From: a bacterium
GTDB taxonomy: Bacteria > Bacillota > Clostridia > Oscillospirales > Acutalibacteraceae
Assembly: GCA_963597385.1 (NCBI GenBank)
Contig: CAVBQD010000001.1
Location: forward strand, 1 to 54,439
Reading direction: 5' to 3'
Length of the DNA: 54,439 nt
Of the stretch, positions 28,288 to 37,454 are shown piece after piece. How positions within the stretch are numbered: the first letter of the stretch is position 1; every line of letters starts with the position of its first letter. The notes under the pieces were generated by a model. It was not told where the DNA came from. It searched no databases and saw nothing but the letters and a program-made list of their open reading frames with translations. Made by a program: the position numbers and the translations under genes.

Positions 28288-28827
28288 TTAATTTTTTCTG
28301 ATTAAATCCGAAAGAGCAGTAAAAAGAATGTCCTTATCATTCTTTACATCTGCGTTGAGCACAATACCGGTTACGGCATAGATTACAAGCGTTACTCTTG
28401 CGTATTCAACTGTGCCCGGCTGAACATTGTTGTTCTTGCAAACCGTTTCAATAGCGGTTTTTTGAAGTCTTTCAGTTACTGCAACCGCAAGTCTGCTGTT
28501 TTTGTACTTTTCAATCACATCACTGTTTGTGATTACCTGATTGATAATGTCGTTAACAACAACGCTTGGATTGATGTGTGCCTGCTGGCAGTTAACCGTT
28601 GCGGCAAAATTGGCAACTGAAAGTACCAAATTTTCAAAAATAGCCTTTGCACAATCATCAATGCTTTTGTAATGAAGATAAAATGTGCTCTTGTTAATTC
28701 CGGCATCTTCGCACACCTTTACAACACGAACCTCACTTAAATCTTTGTCTTTTGTTTGTTCCAAAACGGACACTAATATTGCCCGTCTTGTTCTCACGAT
28801 TCTTTTATCCACAATTCTTGCCCCCAT
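28288..28827 (-). CDS. TetR/AcrR-family regulator
   Basis: DKRIVRTR...VCEDAGINKSTFYLHY. Confidence 0.88.
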   Translation of the reverse strand: MGARIVDKRIVRTRRAILVSVLEQTKDKDLSEVRVVKVCEDAGINKSTFYLHYKSIDDCAKAIFENLVLSVANFAATVNCQQAHINPSVVVNDIINQVITNSDVIEKYKNSRLAVAVTERLQKTAIETVCKNNNVQPGTVEYARVTLVIYAVTGIVLNADVKNDKDILFTALSDLIRKN

Positions 28828-29062
28828 GTGAAAACTTATTTTTTATTTAACGCTGATATGTTAGCACATAATTCGACTTTTTTCAACAAAAAATTCAACA
28901 ATTTAACATCTTTCCAACAAAAAAATCCCGTATAGGACAAGTATACGGAATTTTTATTCAAATTAACATTCATTTGTTCGTGATTTTTGTCTTTTTTTCA
29001 AATGTCAGTTGTACGCCCTGCAAACCGAGGCTTTTGCCACGACTGCAATGTTTTACACAATA

Positions 29063-30343
29063 TTACCAGCCGAGGCGAACAATTTCAATTGTGCAAGAGC
29101 CGACGCCGAGCTTGTAGCATTCGCTGTGTCCGCCCGGGGTGAATATATCAATTCTGCCCTTTCTTGACAATCCGCTTCCGCCACGGTCTACTACCGTGTA
29201 ATTTGTGCCGTCAACATTGATTACCGAACCGAGCGGCAACCAGTTACACGCAACATAATATGGGTCATCCATACCGTTTTTGATTTTTTTACCGGATGAG
29301 GTTACGCCTCTTGAATTGCCGTTGCATATTGCACAGGCACAGTAATGGCTGTATTTGCCCTCAATAACCTGACCGAGTTTGTAGCCGTTCTTGGACTTTA
29401 CGCCGTTTGGTTCAACTTCGTTTGTTGACTTGGCGTCGTCTTTTTCATCGTCCTTTTTATCGTCCTTGTCGGTCTCTTTTTCGTCTTTTGTTCCTACGGC
29501 AACTTCTTTTTGAATTGCCTTTTTAACAACAGTTCGTGATACTTCGGCAGAGTCTTTTTTCTTTCCGTTAACATATTTAACCTGATATGTTACCTCTGCC
29601 TCGCCGTTTTCACCCTTTGTGAGCACCTTTGTTTTGCCCTCTTTAAGAGTGCTGTCTTTTGTTTTAACCGTTGAATACTTAACAACTTCTGTTTTTTCTT
29701 CTATCTTGTATTCAACTCTTTTTACCTTTACTACAAGGTTCTTTTCAAGTTTTGTGTCAACTGCCGGCTCTGTGTAGTCATCATCGCCGAGGGTAACGCC
29801 TGCGGCTTTGAGAAGGTCTGCTACTGTTCCGCTTGTTAACGCATACTTTGTTTCTTTTCCGTCAGCCTTGAGGGTTACATATTGAGCGGAGGCAATCTTA
29901 ATTACCATACCGTCTGTAATTTCCGTATTAAGGCTGTAATTGATTTGGTCACTGTTTTCCACACTGATACCAAGGCTTGCAAATGCGTCGCCTATTGTGT
30001 GTGAATAAACCTGATACGCTGTGATGTTGCCGTCAAACTCAACATAAATAGTGTTAAGTCTGTTTACTGTTATACTGCCACCTTCCGATTCTACGAAATC
30101 GGAAATGTCAAGCTTGTCGCCTGCCGATACAGTAATACCTGCGGATTTGAGAATCTCGATAGGTTCCGTCTCGTTTGTAGTAACCGCAACACTTGTTGAA
30201 CCGTCAACAACGCTTACTGTGTATTCGTCAGTTGTTTTAGCCGAAGCCGTACCGGCGAACAATGTAACAAGAAGCACAATCGCAATTACTATTGTCAGGA
30301 TTGTTCTGAAAGAACGCTTACCTGCAAATGATTGGTTAGTCAT
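29063..30343 (-). CDS. YabE/Sps-like cell-wall protein (DUF348 repeats, G5, 3D-like domain)
   Basis: Signal peptide, ubiquitin-like DUF348 repeats, G5 (GENGE...VAVGTK), C-terminal PLGS...DRGG...RIDIF. Confidence 0.82.
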   Translation of the reverse strand: MTNQSFAGKRSFRTILTIVIAIVLLVTLFAGTASAKTTDEYTVSVVDGSTSVAVTTNETEPIEILKSAGITVSAGDKLDISDFVESEGGSITVNRLNTIYVEFDGNITAYQVYSHTIGDAFASLGISVENSDQINYSLNTEITDGMVIKIASAQYVTLKADGKETKYALTSGTVADLLKAAGVTLGDDDYTEPAVDTKLEKNLVVKVKRVEYKIEEKTEVVKYSTVKTKDSTLKEGKTKVLTKGENGEAEVTYQVKYVNGKKKDSAEVSRTVVKKAIQKEVAVGTKDEKETDKDDKKDDEKDDAKSTNEVEPNGVKSKNGYKLGQVIEGKYSHYCACAICNGNSRGVTSSGKKIKNGMDDPYYVACNWLPLGSVINVDGTNYTVVDRGGSGLSRKGRIDIFTPGGHSECYKLGVGSCTIEIVRLGW

Positions 30344-30836
30344 CTTAATCTCCTTACTTTCTTAACAAGTGAATTTGGCAATTGTGGGTTATATTTCCGC
30401 ACTGCCTAATATCATTTTGTCACGAACGCTTGCTATTATAGCGGTTTTTAACAACAAGTCAAGTCCAAACTCTATTGAATTTTGTACAACATTCACAAAA
30501 GGTTACAGCCGTAATATTATCCTAATTTTTAAAATGTCCATATCTTGTGGTTCTAAACTTTAATACTTTATCACGCTAAATCAAATATTTGGAAAAGATG
30601 ACGAACTTCTTACAAAGGCTTACGATTTTGTAACCTTTTTTCGTCGATATTTTTTAACAATCTCAATATATAGTATAGTTTTTCAATTTTTAGCATTTTT
30701 ATGTCTATATATAGAATTGCACAAAATATTTGATTGATAATATTTTAACAAACTTTTGAGCTTTTTTCACTTCTCTTTTTCGGTTTGTTTTTGTCCTATA
30801 TATTATAATATATAAATTATATACATTATAAAAATG

Positions 30837-30868
30837 AAAACCCGTTCGACATAATTCGTCAAACGGGA
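30837..30868 (-). terminator. Terminator after pcrA
   Basis: CCCGTTTGAC...GTCGAACGGG-TTTT on the minus strand. Confidence 0.6.
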
Positions 30869-30904
30869 ATTATAATTATAAAATATCATCCTGTAACTAA
30901 CTTA

Positions 30905-33184
30905 TTACAGTTTTTGCAACTTTGCATAGTTCGCCATAAGCTTTTTAGTGCCGGCTTTGTCAAAGGCAATTTCCATAAGCGTATCGTTGCCCATAGGCTT
31001 TGCCGAAATAACAACACCCGTACCGAACGACGCGTGGCGAACCGTATCGCCTACCGCATAGGTTTCACCGCTCGCCTGCGGTTTTGCTCCGCCTACCTGA
31101 CCGAATGCGTGAGCCGCCGTTGAACTGCGTCTTGCGTCTCCGATAGGCGTTGACCTGCTGTATTTGTGAGGCTTTGCCGGAGAACCGAAATGACTGCTGT
31201 AACCGCCGGCAGAAGTTCCGTAAGTCGACTGCATTCGTACCGTCCTGTCGTCACAAATATCCGACGGGATTTCACCGACGAAGCGTGAGAGCATATTTCT
31301 GCTTGTTGTGCCGTAAAGCATACGCTGACGGGCAGAAACAAGATAGAGCTTTTCCCTCGCACGGGTAATACCCACATATGCAAGGCGGCGTTCTTCCTCC
31401 AAGTCCTCATCGCTGTACATACTTTGATTGCCCGGGAAGATACCCTCTTCCATTCCCGGAATGAAAACAACCGGAAATTCAAGACCTTTTGCCGAGTGCA
31501 AGGTCATAAGCACAACGCTGTCCTCGTCTTCATTGTACGAATCAATGTCCGACACAAGGGCAACATCTTCAAGAAATGTTTGAAGCGTAAAGTTTTCATC
31601 CTCTTCCTGATACTTAACAAACATTGACGAAAGTTCCTGTACATTGGCTTTTCTGTCGTCCGCCTTTGTCGGGTCGTCCTCATCAAGATACGCAAAATAT
31701 CCCGTCTGCTCAAGTATTTCCTGAAGCAAATCATTCACGCTCATTCCGTCCTCTAAGTCCTGACGGAAGCCGTTAATCATATTGCAAAACGATTTGAGTT
31801 TGTTTGCACTGCGTTGAGTTTTTGCAAATTCGTCCGCCTGCTCGCACACTTCAAACGCCGTCATCTTGTTTGCCGCGGCAATTTCCAAAATATAATTAAA
31901 CATCGTGTCGCCGATGCCACGCTTCGGCACATTGATGATACGCTGAAGTCGAACATTGTCGGCAGTATTGTTGATAAGTGCAAAATAAGACACAATGTCC
32001 TTGATTTCCTTACGGTCAAAAAAGCGGTTGCCGCCGATAATTCTGTAAGAAATACCCGACTTCGCCATCATAATTTCTATATTTCGGCTCTGTGCATTCA
32101 TACGGTAAAGAACTGCGTGGTCTTTGTACGCCATTCCGTTTTTAACATTTTCGTTAATTTGGTCAATGATAAACTGTGCCTCGTCAAGCTCGTTGTTCGC
32201 CGTATAAAGCACAATTTTGTCACCGTCCTTACCTGCGTACGAACGAAGTCGCTTGTCGGCAAGTCTGGTCTTGTTGTTTGCAATAACGGCATTTGCGGCG
32301 TCAAGAATGTTCTGCTTTGAGCGATAGTTTTCCGCAAGCTGAAGCTGAATAACCTTAACTCCCTCGCTCTCATACCTTTCCTTGAAACGCATAATGTTTT
32401 CAATTGTGGCACCTCTGAAGCGGTAAATACTTTGGTCGTCGTCGCCTACAACACAAATATTATGGTATTCGCCCGCAAGAAGATAAGTAAGCACATACTG
32501 TGCATAAGATGTGTCCTGATACTCGTCAACAATTATGTACTTAAATTGGTGCTGATAAGTTTCCAAAACATCGGGGTTTTCCTTTAAAAGTCGAACCGTG
32601 TTGAAAATCATATCGTCAAAATCCATTGCGTCCGAACGCAAAAGTTCCTGCTGATAATCACGATAACATTCGGCGATTTTGGATTTTCTGAAATCGTTTT
32701 GATTGGTGTGCTTGTACTCTCTCGGGTCGATAAGACTGTCCTTTGCACGGCTGATTTCCGTCAAAATCGAACGGTGGTTTAAGAATTTGTCGTCAATTCC
32801 GAGATTTTTCTGCACACGCTTCATAACACGCTTTTGGTCGTCGGTGTCATAAATAGTAAAATGCTGAGTGTAACCCAGTCTGTCACCGAAGCGACGAAGC
32901 ATACGACTGCACATACTGTGAAATGTTTGTGCCCAAATGTCATTTGCCTCAGGTCCGATAGTATTTTCAAGTCTTTCTTTCAGCTCGCCTGCCGCCTTAT
33001 TTGTAAAGGTAATTGCAAGCACCTGCCACGGGCGTGCATATCCGTCTTTGATTATATGCTCAATTCGCTTTACAACCGTTGCGGTTTTACCCGTTCCTGC
33101 ACCTGCAACAACAAGTACCGGTCCGTCAACGGTATCAATAACCTGCTGTTGCTCACGATTTGGCTTTACTGCGTCTTTATTCAT
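30905..33184 (-). CDS. pcrA: ATP-dependent DNA helicase PcrA/UvrD
   Basis: AGAGTGKT, ITFTNKAA, VDEYQDT, VGDDDQSIY, TLHSAKGLEF, EEERRLAYVGITRA; C-terminal Tudor-like tail. Confidence 0.96.
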   Translation of the reverse strand: MNKDAVKPNREQQQVIDTVDGPVLVVAGAGTGKTATVVKRIEHIIKDGYARPWQVLAITFTNKAAGELKERLENTIGPEANDIWAQTFHSMCSRMLRRFGDRLGYTQHFTIYDTDDQKRVMKRVQKNLGIDDKFLNHRSILTEISRAKDSLIDPREYKHTNQNDFRKSKIAECYRDYQQELLRSDAMDFDDMIFNTVRLLKENPDVLETYQHQFKYIIVDEYQDTSYAQYVLTYLLAGEYHNICVVGDDDQSIYRFRGATIENIMRFKERYESEGVKVIQLQLAENYRSKQNILDAANAVIANNKTRLADKRLRSYAGKDGDKIVLYTANNELDEAQFIIDQINENVKNGMAYKDHAVLYRMNAQSRNIEIMMAKSGISYRIIGGNRFFDRKEIKDIVSYFALINNTADNVRLQRIINVPKRGIGDTMFNYILEIAAANKMTAFEVCEQADEFAKTQRSANKLKSFCNMINGFRQDLEDGMSVNDLLQEILEQTGYFAYLDEDDPTKADDRKANVQELSSMFVKYQEEDENFTLQTFLEDVALVSDIDSYNEDEDSVVLMTLHSAKGLEFPVVFIPGMEEGIFPGNQSMYSDEDLEEERRLAYVGITRAREKLYLVSARQRMLYGTTSRNMLSRFVGEIPSDICDDRTVRMQSTYGTSAGGYSSHFGSPAKPHKYSRSTPIGDARRSSTAAHAFGQVGGAKPQASGETYAVGDTVRHASFGTGVVISAKPMGNDTLMEIAFDKAGTKKLMANYAKLQKL

Positions 33185-33271
33185 AATGTGTCCTCTATAT
33201 CCTCTATTGTTAAAAACAGAGGTGGAACAAATGTGCCACCTCTATTTATAATTGTATAATTTTTTATTTTA

Positions 33272-34489
33272 TTAGCCGAGAAGGGTAAGCAAAATACCTG
33301 CGGCAACGGCAGAGCCGATAACGCCCGATACATTCGGTCCCATAGCGTGCATAAGAAGGAAGTTTGCCGGATTTTCCTGCTGACCGACCTTTTGTGATAC
33401 ACGAGCCGCCATAGGAACAGCCGATACACCTGCCGAACCGATAAGCGGATTGATTTTACCCTTAGTGATAACATACATCAACTTACCGAAGAGTACGCCG
33501 CCGGCAGTACCGAATGCAAATGCGATAAGACCGAGAAGCACAATCTTCAAAGTGTTGAAGTTAAGGAATGATTGAGCCGATGTTGTTGCACCAACCGAAA
33601 GTCCCAAAAGAATTGTAACGATATTCATAAGCTCATTTTGAGCAGCCTTTGCAATACGCTCTGTTTGTCCGCTTTCTTTAAGAAGGTTGCCGAGCATAAG
33701 CATGCCGACAAGTGAAGCGGCGTCCGGAAGAAGAAGCGAAACGATAACAGTTACCATAATAGGGAACAAAATCTTTTCAAGCTTTGATACCGGACGAAGT
33801 GTGCCCATAACAACGCTACGCTCTTTTTTGGTTGTGAGTGCCTTCATAATAGGCGGTTGAATTACAGGTACAAGAGCCATATAGCTGTATGCCGCAACGG
33901 CAATTGTACCGAGCATTGCTGGAGCAAGCTTTGATGTTACGAAAATCGCGGTAGGTCCATCTGCACCGCCGATGATAGCGATTGAACCTGCCTGTTGCGG
34001 ATTGAAGCCCAAAACAATAGCGATAACATATGCTACAAAAATACCGAGCTGAGCCGCCGCACCGAGAATGAATGATGACGGGTTTGCGATAAGAGAGCTG
34101 AAATCGGTCATAGCACCGATACCGAGGAAGATAAGCGGAGGATAAATACCCGCCTTAACTCCAAAGTAAAGGAAGTCCATAAGTCCCGGGGTCAGTGTGT
34201 TGCCCGCCGTGTCTGTTAATCTGCCGGCTACCAAATCAATGAAGCCCTGCAAATCGTGATACTGTACCGCCAAATTTGCACCCGGCAAATTTGCAAGAAG
34301 CATACCGAATGCAATCGGTATCATCAAAAGCGGTTCAAAGCCTTTCTTAATTCCCAACCAGAGGAAAAAGAAAGCAACGATAAGCATAATTAAATTTTTA
34401 TATCCGCCGTCTGCGGTGAAGAAGTAAGCATATCCGCTGTTTACGAGAATACTTTTAATTACTTCCCATACGCCTTGTAATATTTCCAT
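33272..34489 (-). CDS. oadB: Na+-translocating decarboxylase beta subunit (OadB/MmdB/GcdB family)
   Basis: FEPLLMIPIAFG, IIGGADGPT, IGSAGVSAVPMAAR, HAMGPNV. Start moved to MEILQ on the AGGAGG RBS. Confidence 0.9.
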   Translation of the reverse strand: MEILQGVWEVIKSILVNSGYAYFFTADGGYKNLIMLIVAFFFLWLGIKKGFEPLLMIPIAFGMLLANLPGANLAVQYHDLQGFIDLVAGRLTDTAGNTLTPGLMDFLYFGVKAGIYPPLIFLGIGAMTDFSSLIANPSSFILGAAAQLGIFVAYVIAIVLGFNPQQAGSIAIIGGADGPTAIFVTSKLAPAMLGTIAVAAYSYMALVPVIQPPIMKALTTKKERSVVMGTLRPVSKLEKILFPIMVTVIVSLLLPDAASLVGMLMLGNLLKESGQTERIAKAAQNELMNIVTILLGLSVGATTSAQSFLNFNTLKIVLLGLIAFAFGTAGGVLFGKLMYVITKGKINPLIGSAGVSAVPMAARVSQKVGQQENPANFLLMHAMGPNVSGVIGSAVAAGILLTLLG

Positions 34490-34506
34490 ATAAATTGCAG
34501 TCCTCC

Positions 34507-34950
34507 TTAAAACGGTCTGGTATTGTCCATAACAGCCGCCTGTGCCCAAGGGTTACGGGTGGTAATAGGACTTGTTTTTCTTGTTACGCTGCGAATAACC
34601 GCCGAACTGCCCTCCATTGAATAAACGGCAGCACTTATTGCCGCAATAACCTCGCCGCTTATACCTTCTTCAACAACAGGAACAGGAGCGGGAGCACTTG
34701 CCTGAGCAGGTGCCGGAGTTGCCGCACTTGCGTTTGACAAGTCCGCCTCCATAGCGTTTTGAACTTTTTTAGCTTCGTTTTTCTTTGTCTTTGCCTGTGA
34801 TTTTGATACTACGGAACCAAATGCGTAAAACACAAGGATGAGCACCATCAATGTGGCAAGAACAATGCCAAGACCGGCAACAATAACAGTTGCCGTGAAG
34901 GTTGCCGACCTGTCTGCAACTATGCCTGCTGCCAATGTTAATGTATCCAT
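34507..34950 (-). CDS. oadG: OadG/MmdD-family decarboxylase gamma/delta subunit
   Basis: Single TM, Ala/Pro linker, EVIAAISAAV, C-terminal NPW. Confidence 0.8.
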   Translation of the reverse strand: MDTLTLAAGIVADRSATFTATVIVAGLGIVLATLMVLILVFYAFGSVVSKSQAKTKKNEAKKVQNAMEADLSNASAATPAPAQASAPAPVPVVEEGISGEVIAAISAAVYSMEGSSAVIRSVTRKTSPITTRNPWAQAAVMDNTRPF

Positions 34951-35060
34951 ACAATAAAATCCTCCTTATAAAAATTCATACTTAAATCATTATATAGCAT
35001 TGCCAAACTTTTTTCAACAATTATTTTATATAAAAATATTAAAAATACCGAAATTTACTA

Positions 35061-35089
35061 TTGATTTTCTTGTCAAAAGCGTATATAAT
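35061..35089 (+). promoter_or_regulatory. Sigma-A promoter for the small ORF
   Basis: TTGATT-N17-TATAAT. Confidence 0.65.
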
Positions 35090-35117
35090 AATGTTATCGA
35101 TCCTTTGGAGGTGGGTT

Positions 35118-35252
35118 ATGAGCAAAGAAGCACTTATAATTGCAATCCTTGTAGCGCTTATCATCCTATGGTTTACTGAAACCCTCGGGATGCAAAAAAC
35201 CTCACGAATACTCGCCGGAGCGATTGATCTCGGTTTCGCAGTATTGCGTTGA
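35118..35252 (+). CDS. 44-aa small membrane protein MSKEALIIAILVALIILWFTETLGMQKTSRILAGAIDLGFAVLR
   Basis: GGAGGTG RBS, its own promoter and terminator, hydrophobic N-terminal helix. Confidence 0.7.
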   Translation: MSKEALIIAILVALIILWFTETLGMQKTSRILAGAIDLGFAVLR

Positions 35253-35272
35253 CAATACTCTACTTAATATTT

Positions 35273-35320
35273 AAAATAAAAAAACGCATTCTTCCCAAAT
35301 CGGATGCGTTTTTTTATTTT
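35273..35320. terminator. Bidirectional terminator
   Basis: AAAATAAAAAAACGCATTC...GGATGCGTTTTTTTATTTT between the convergent small ORF and spoIVB. Confidence 0.75.
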
Positions 35321-35335
35321 GCTTTTTTAAAGCGT

Positions 35336-36526
35336 CTATTTTGTTGACTCCTCCAGCATTGTTTGAGCAAAGACGGCGTAGCCCTTTGTCGGATTGCCGA
35401 CTATAACATGGGTAAGTGCACCGACAAGTTTGCCGTTTTGAATAATCGGCGACCCCGACATTCCCTGCACAATACCGCCCGTTTTGGCAATAAGTTCCTT
35501 GTCCGTCACCTTTACAGTCATATTTTTTTCGCGGTTGTTTTCATTGTATCCGATACGCGTTATTTCAATTTCGTATTCTTTCGGTTGTCCGTTTTCAACC
35601 GTGGAAATCACTGTTGCTCTACCTTTTTTCACTTCTTGAACGGCGGCGACGGAATACTCTTTTGCACATTCGCCCACTTCGGCGTATGCACCGTAAATTC
35701 CGCAATCGGTGTTGGTCAGCAGTCTGCCGAGCGTTTGATTTGTAAAATCACATTCAAGAGAACCGGTAGTGCCTCTTGTGCTTTTTTCTACCTTTGATAC
35801 CGTTGCTTTGACCGCCTCGCCTTCAAGCATCGGCATAATTTCTTTTGTATCAACATCGTTGATTTGATGTCCGAGAGCCGCAAAGATTCCGCTTTGTTTG
35901 TTGTAAAATGTGATTGTTCCGATGCCTGCCGTGGAATCTCTGACCCACATTCCCGCCTTGTAACAGCCCTCACGCTCACAATAAACCGGCGTTACCGTAA
36001 ATTCTCTGTATCGCTCACCACGCTTGATTTTCACATCAAAGCTTTCACCGTTATTTGAGCCTAAAATCTCCTGAACTCTGTCGGAAGTGTACACATTTTC
36101 ACCGTTGATTGAAACTATAATGTCACCGACTTCTATTCCTGCCGAACCTGACGGACTTTTTTTACCCTCATCGGTTTGAACATCCTGAATACCGACAACT
36201 ATTACGCCGTCCGTGTACAACTTTATTCCGAAAACCTCACCGCTCACCATAACCTTTTGCTCCGATTTTTCTGTAACAGACACCTCTTTTACAGGGATTA
36301 TTCCGAAAAGTTTCAGATTTTCTCTCCTCGGCGTGGAAGTTTGCTTGTCCACGGCAAGGCTTGTGCTCTTTTGGCTGTAAGTAAACACCTTGGCAAGCGG
36401 TTCGCTGTTGCCGTCATAAGTAACTACGCCGCTCGGGAGTGCAAAATTGCCCCAAATGATTACGCTGAAAATCGCAACGCAAACGAAAAACAAAATAACA
36501 TCAAAAATTCTGATTGCCTTTTTCAA
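35336..36526 (-). CDS. spoIVB: SpoIVB peptidase (S55) with PDZ domain
   Basis: WVRDSTAGIGTITF, AALGH.I.D, TGGIVQGMSGSPIIQNGKLVGALTHV. TTG start at 36526 after GAGGTG. Confidence 0.95.
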   Translation of the reverse strand: MKKAIRIFDVILFFVCVAIFSVIIWGNFALPSGVVTYDGNSEPLAKVFTYSQKSTSLAVDKQTSTPRRENLKLFGIIPVKEVSVTEKSEQKVMVSGEVFGIKLYTDGVIVVGIQDVQTDEGKKSPSGSAGIEVGDIIVSINGENVYTSDRVQEILGSNNGESFDVKIKRGERYREFTVTPVYCEREGCYKAGMWVRDSTAGIGTITFYNKQSGIFAALGHQINDVDTKEIMPMLEGEAVKATVSKVEKSTRGTTGSLECDFTNQTLGRLLTNTDCGIYGAYAEVGECAKEYSVAAVQEVKKGRATVISTVENGQPKEYEIEITRIGYNENNREKNMTVKVTDKELIAKTGGIVQGMSGSPIIQNGKLVGALTHVIVGNPTKGYAVFAQTMLEESTK

Positions 36527-36542
36527 ATTTAACACCTCGTTA

Positions 36543-36572
36543 TAGTTTTGCCGAGGCAAACAAAATTCATAC
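36543..36572 (-). promoter_or_regulatory. Sigma-F/G-like forespore promoter of spoIVB
   Basis: GTATG-N15-GGCAAAACTA fits the sigma-F consensus; spoIVB is a known sigma-F/G target in Bacillus. Confidence 0.6.
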
Positions 36573-36640
36573 TTGCAACCATATATTATATGTGATAAAA
36601 TATTTTGTGTGAAATTCCGAAAGAAAGGTATGTTTTAATT

Positions 36641-37387
36641 ATGAGCGGACATAATAAATGGAGCACTATTAAAAGAAAAAAAGGTGCAAACGATGCTGCG
36701 AGAGCAAAAGTTTTTACTAAAATAGGAAGAGAACTTGCCGTTGCGGTTAAAAACGGCGGTGCAGACCCAAACAACAATGCAAAACTTCGTGATGTTATCG
36801 CAAAGGCAAAGCAAAATAATGTGCCAAACGACAATATCGACAGAATGTTAAAGAAAGCCGCAGGCGATGCAGACACAACAAATTACGAGGAAATCGTATA
36901 TGAAGGCTACGGCCCGTCGGGAGTTGCCGTTGTTGTTGAAGCACTTACCGATAACAGAAACAGAACTGCCGGCGAAGTAAGACATTACTTTGACAAAGCA
37001 GGCGGAAATATGGGCAACCCGGGTTCGGTTACATTTATGTTTGAAAAGCTCGGCGTTATCATTATCGAAAAGGAAGATACCGACGAAGACCAACTTATGG
37101 AAGACGCACTTGAAGCGGGTGCTTCCGATTTCCTTACAGATGAAGAGGATATTTTTGAAATTCGTACGGAACCGAATGATGTCGGCGTTATCCGTGACGA
37201 ACTTGAAGCAAAGGGCTACACAGTTATTTCAAGTGAAGCCGCATATGTTCCGAGCACATACACCCGTCTTGAAAATCCGGACGATATGAAAAAAATGGCA
37301 AAGATGATTGAAATGTTTGAAGAAAACGACGATGTTCAAAACATCTACCATAATTGGGAAAACGAAGACGAGTACGAAGAAGATTAA
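36641..37387 (+). CDS. yebC: YebC/PmpR-family protein
   Basis: MSGHNKWSTIK, YEGYGPSG, LTDNRNRT, DDVQNIYHN. Confidence 0.95.
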   Translation: MSGHNKWSTIKRKKGANDAARAKVFTKIGRELAVAVKNGGADPNNNAKLRDVIAKAKQNNVPNDNIDRMLKKAAGDADTTNYEEIVYEGYGPSGVAVVVEALTDNRNRTAGEVRHYFDKAGGNMGNPGSVTFMFEKLGVIIIEKEDTDEDQLMEDALEAGASDFLTDEEDIFEIRTEPNDVGVIRDELEAKGYTVISSEAAYVPSTYTRLENPDDMKKMAKMIEMFEENDDVQNIYHNWENEDEYEED

Positions 37388-37403
37388 TAAAATCACACTA
37401 AGT

Positions 37404-37436
37404 AAAACGACCGTGGAAGAATCTACGGTCGTTTTT
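37404..37436. terminator. Bidirectional terminator
   Basis: AAAACGACCGTGGA-AGAA-TCTACGGTCGTTTTT. Confidence 0.75.
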
Positions 37437-37454
37437 GATACAGAAAGTACTTTA

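Noticed and set aside
30369..30563. 64-aa ORF upstream of the yabE-like gene
   Set aside because: It runs antisense across that gene's promoter region, has no RBS and shows no recognisable features.
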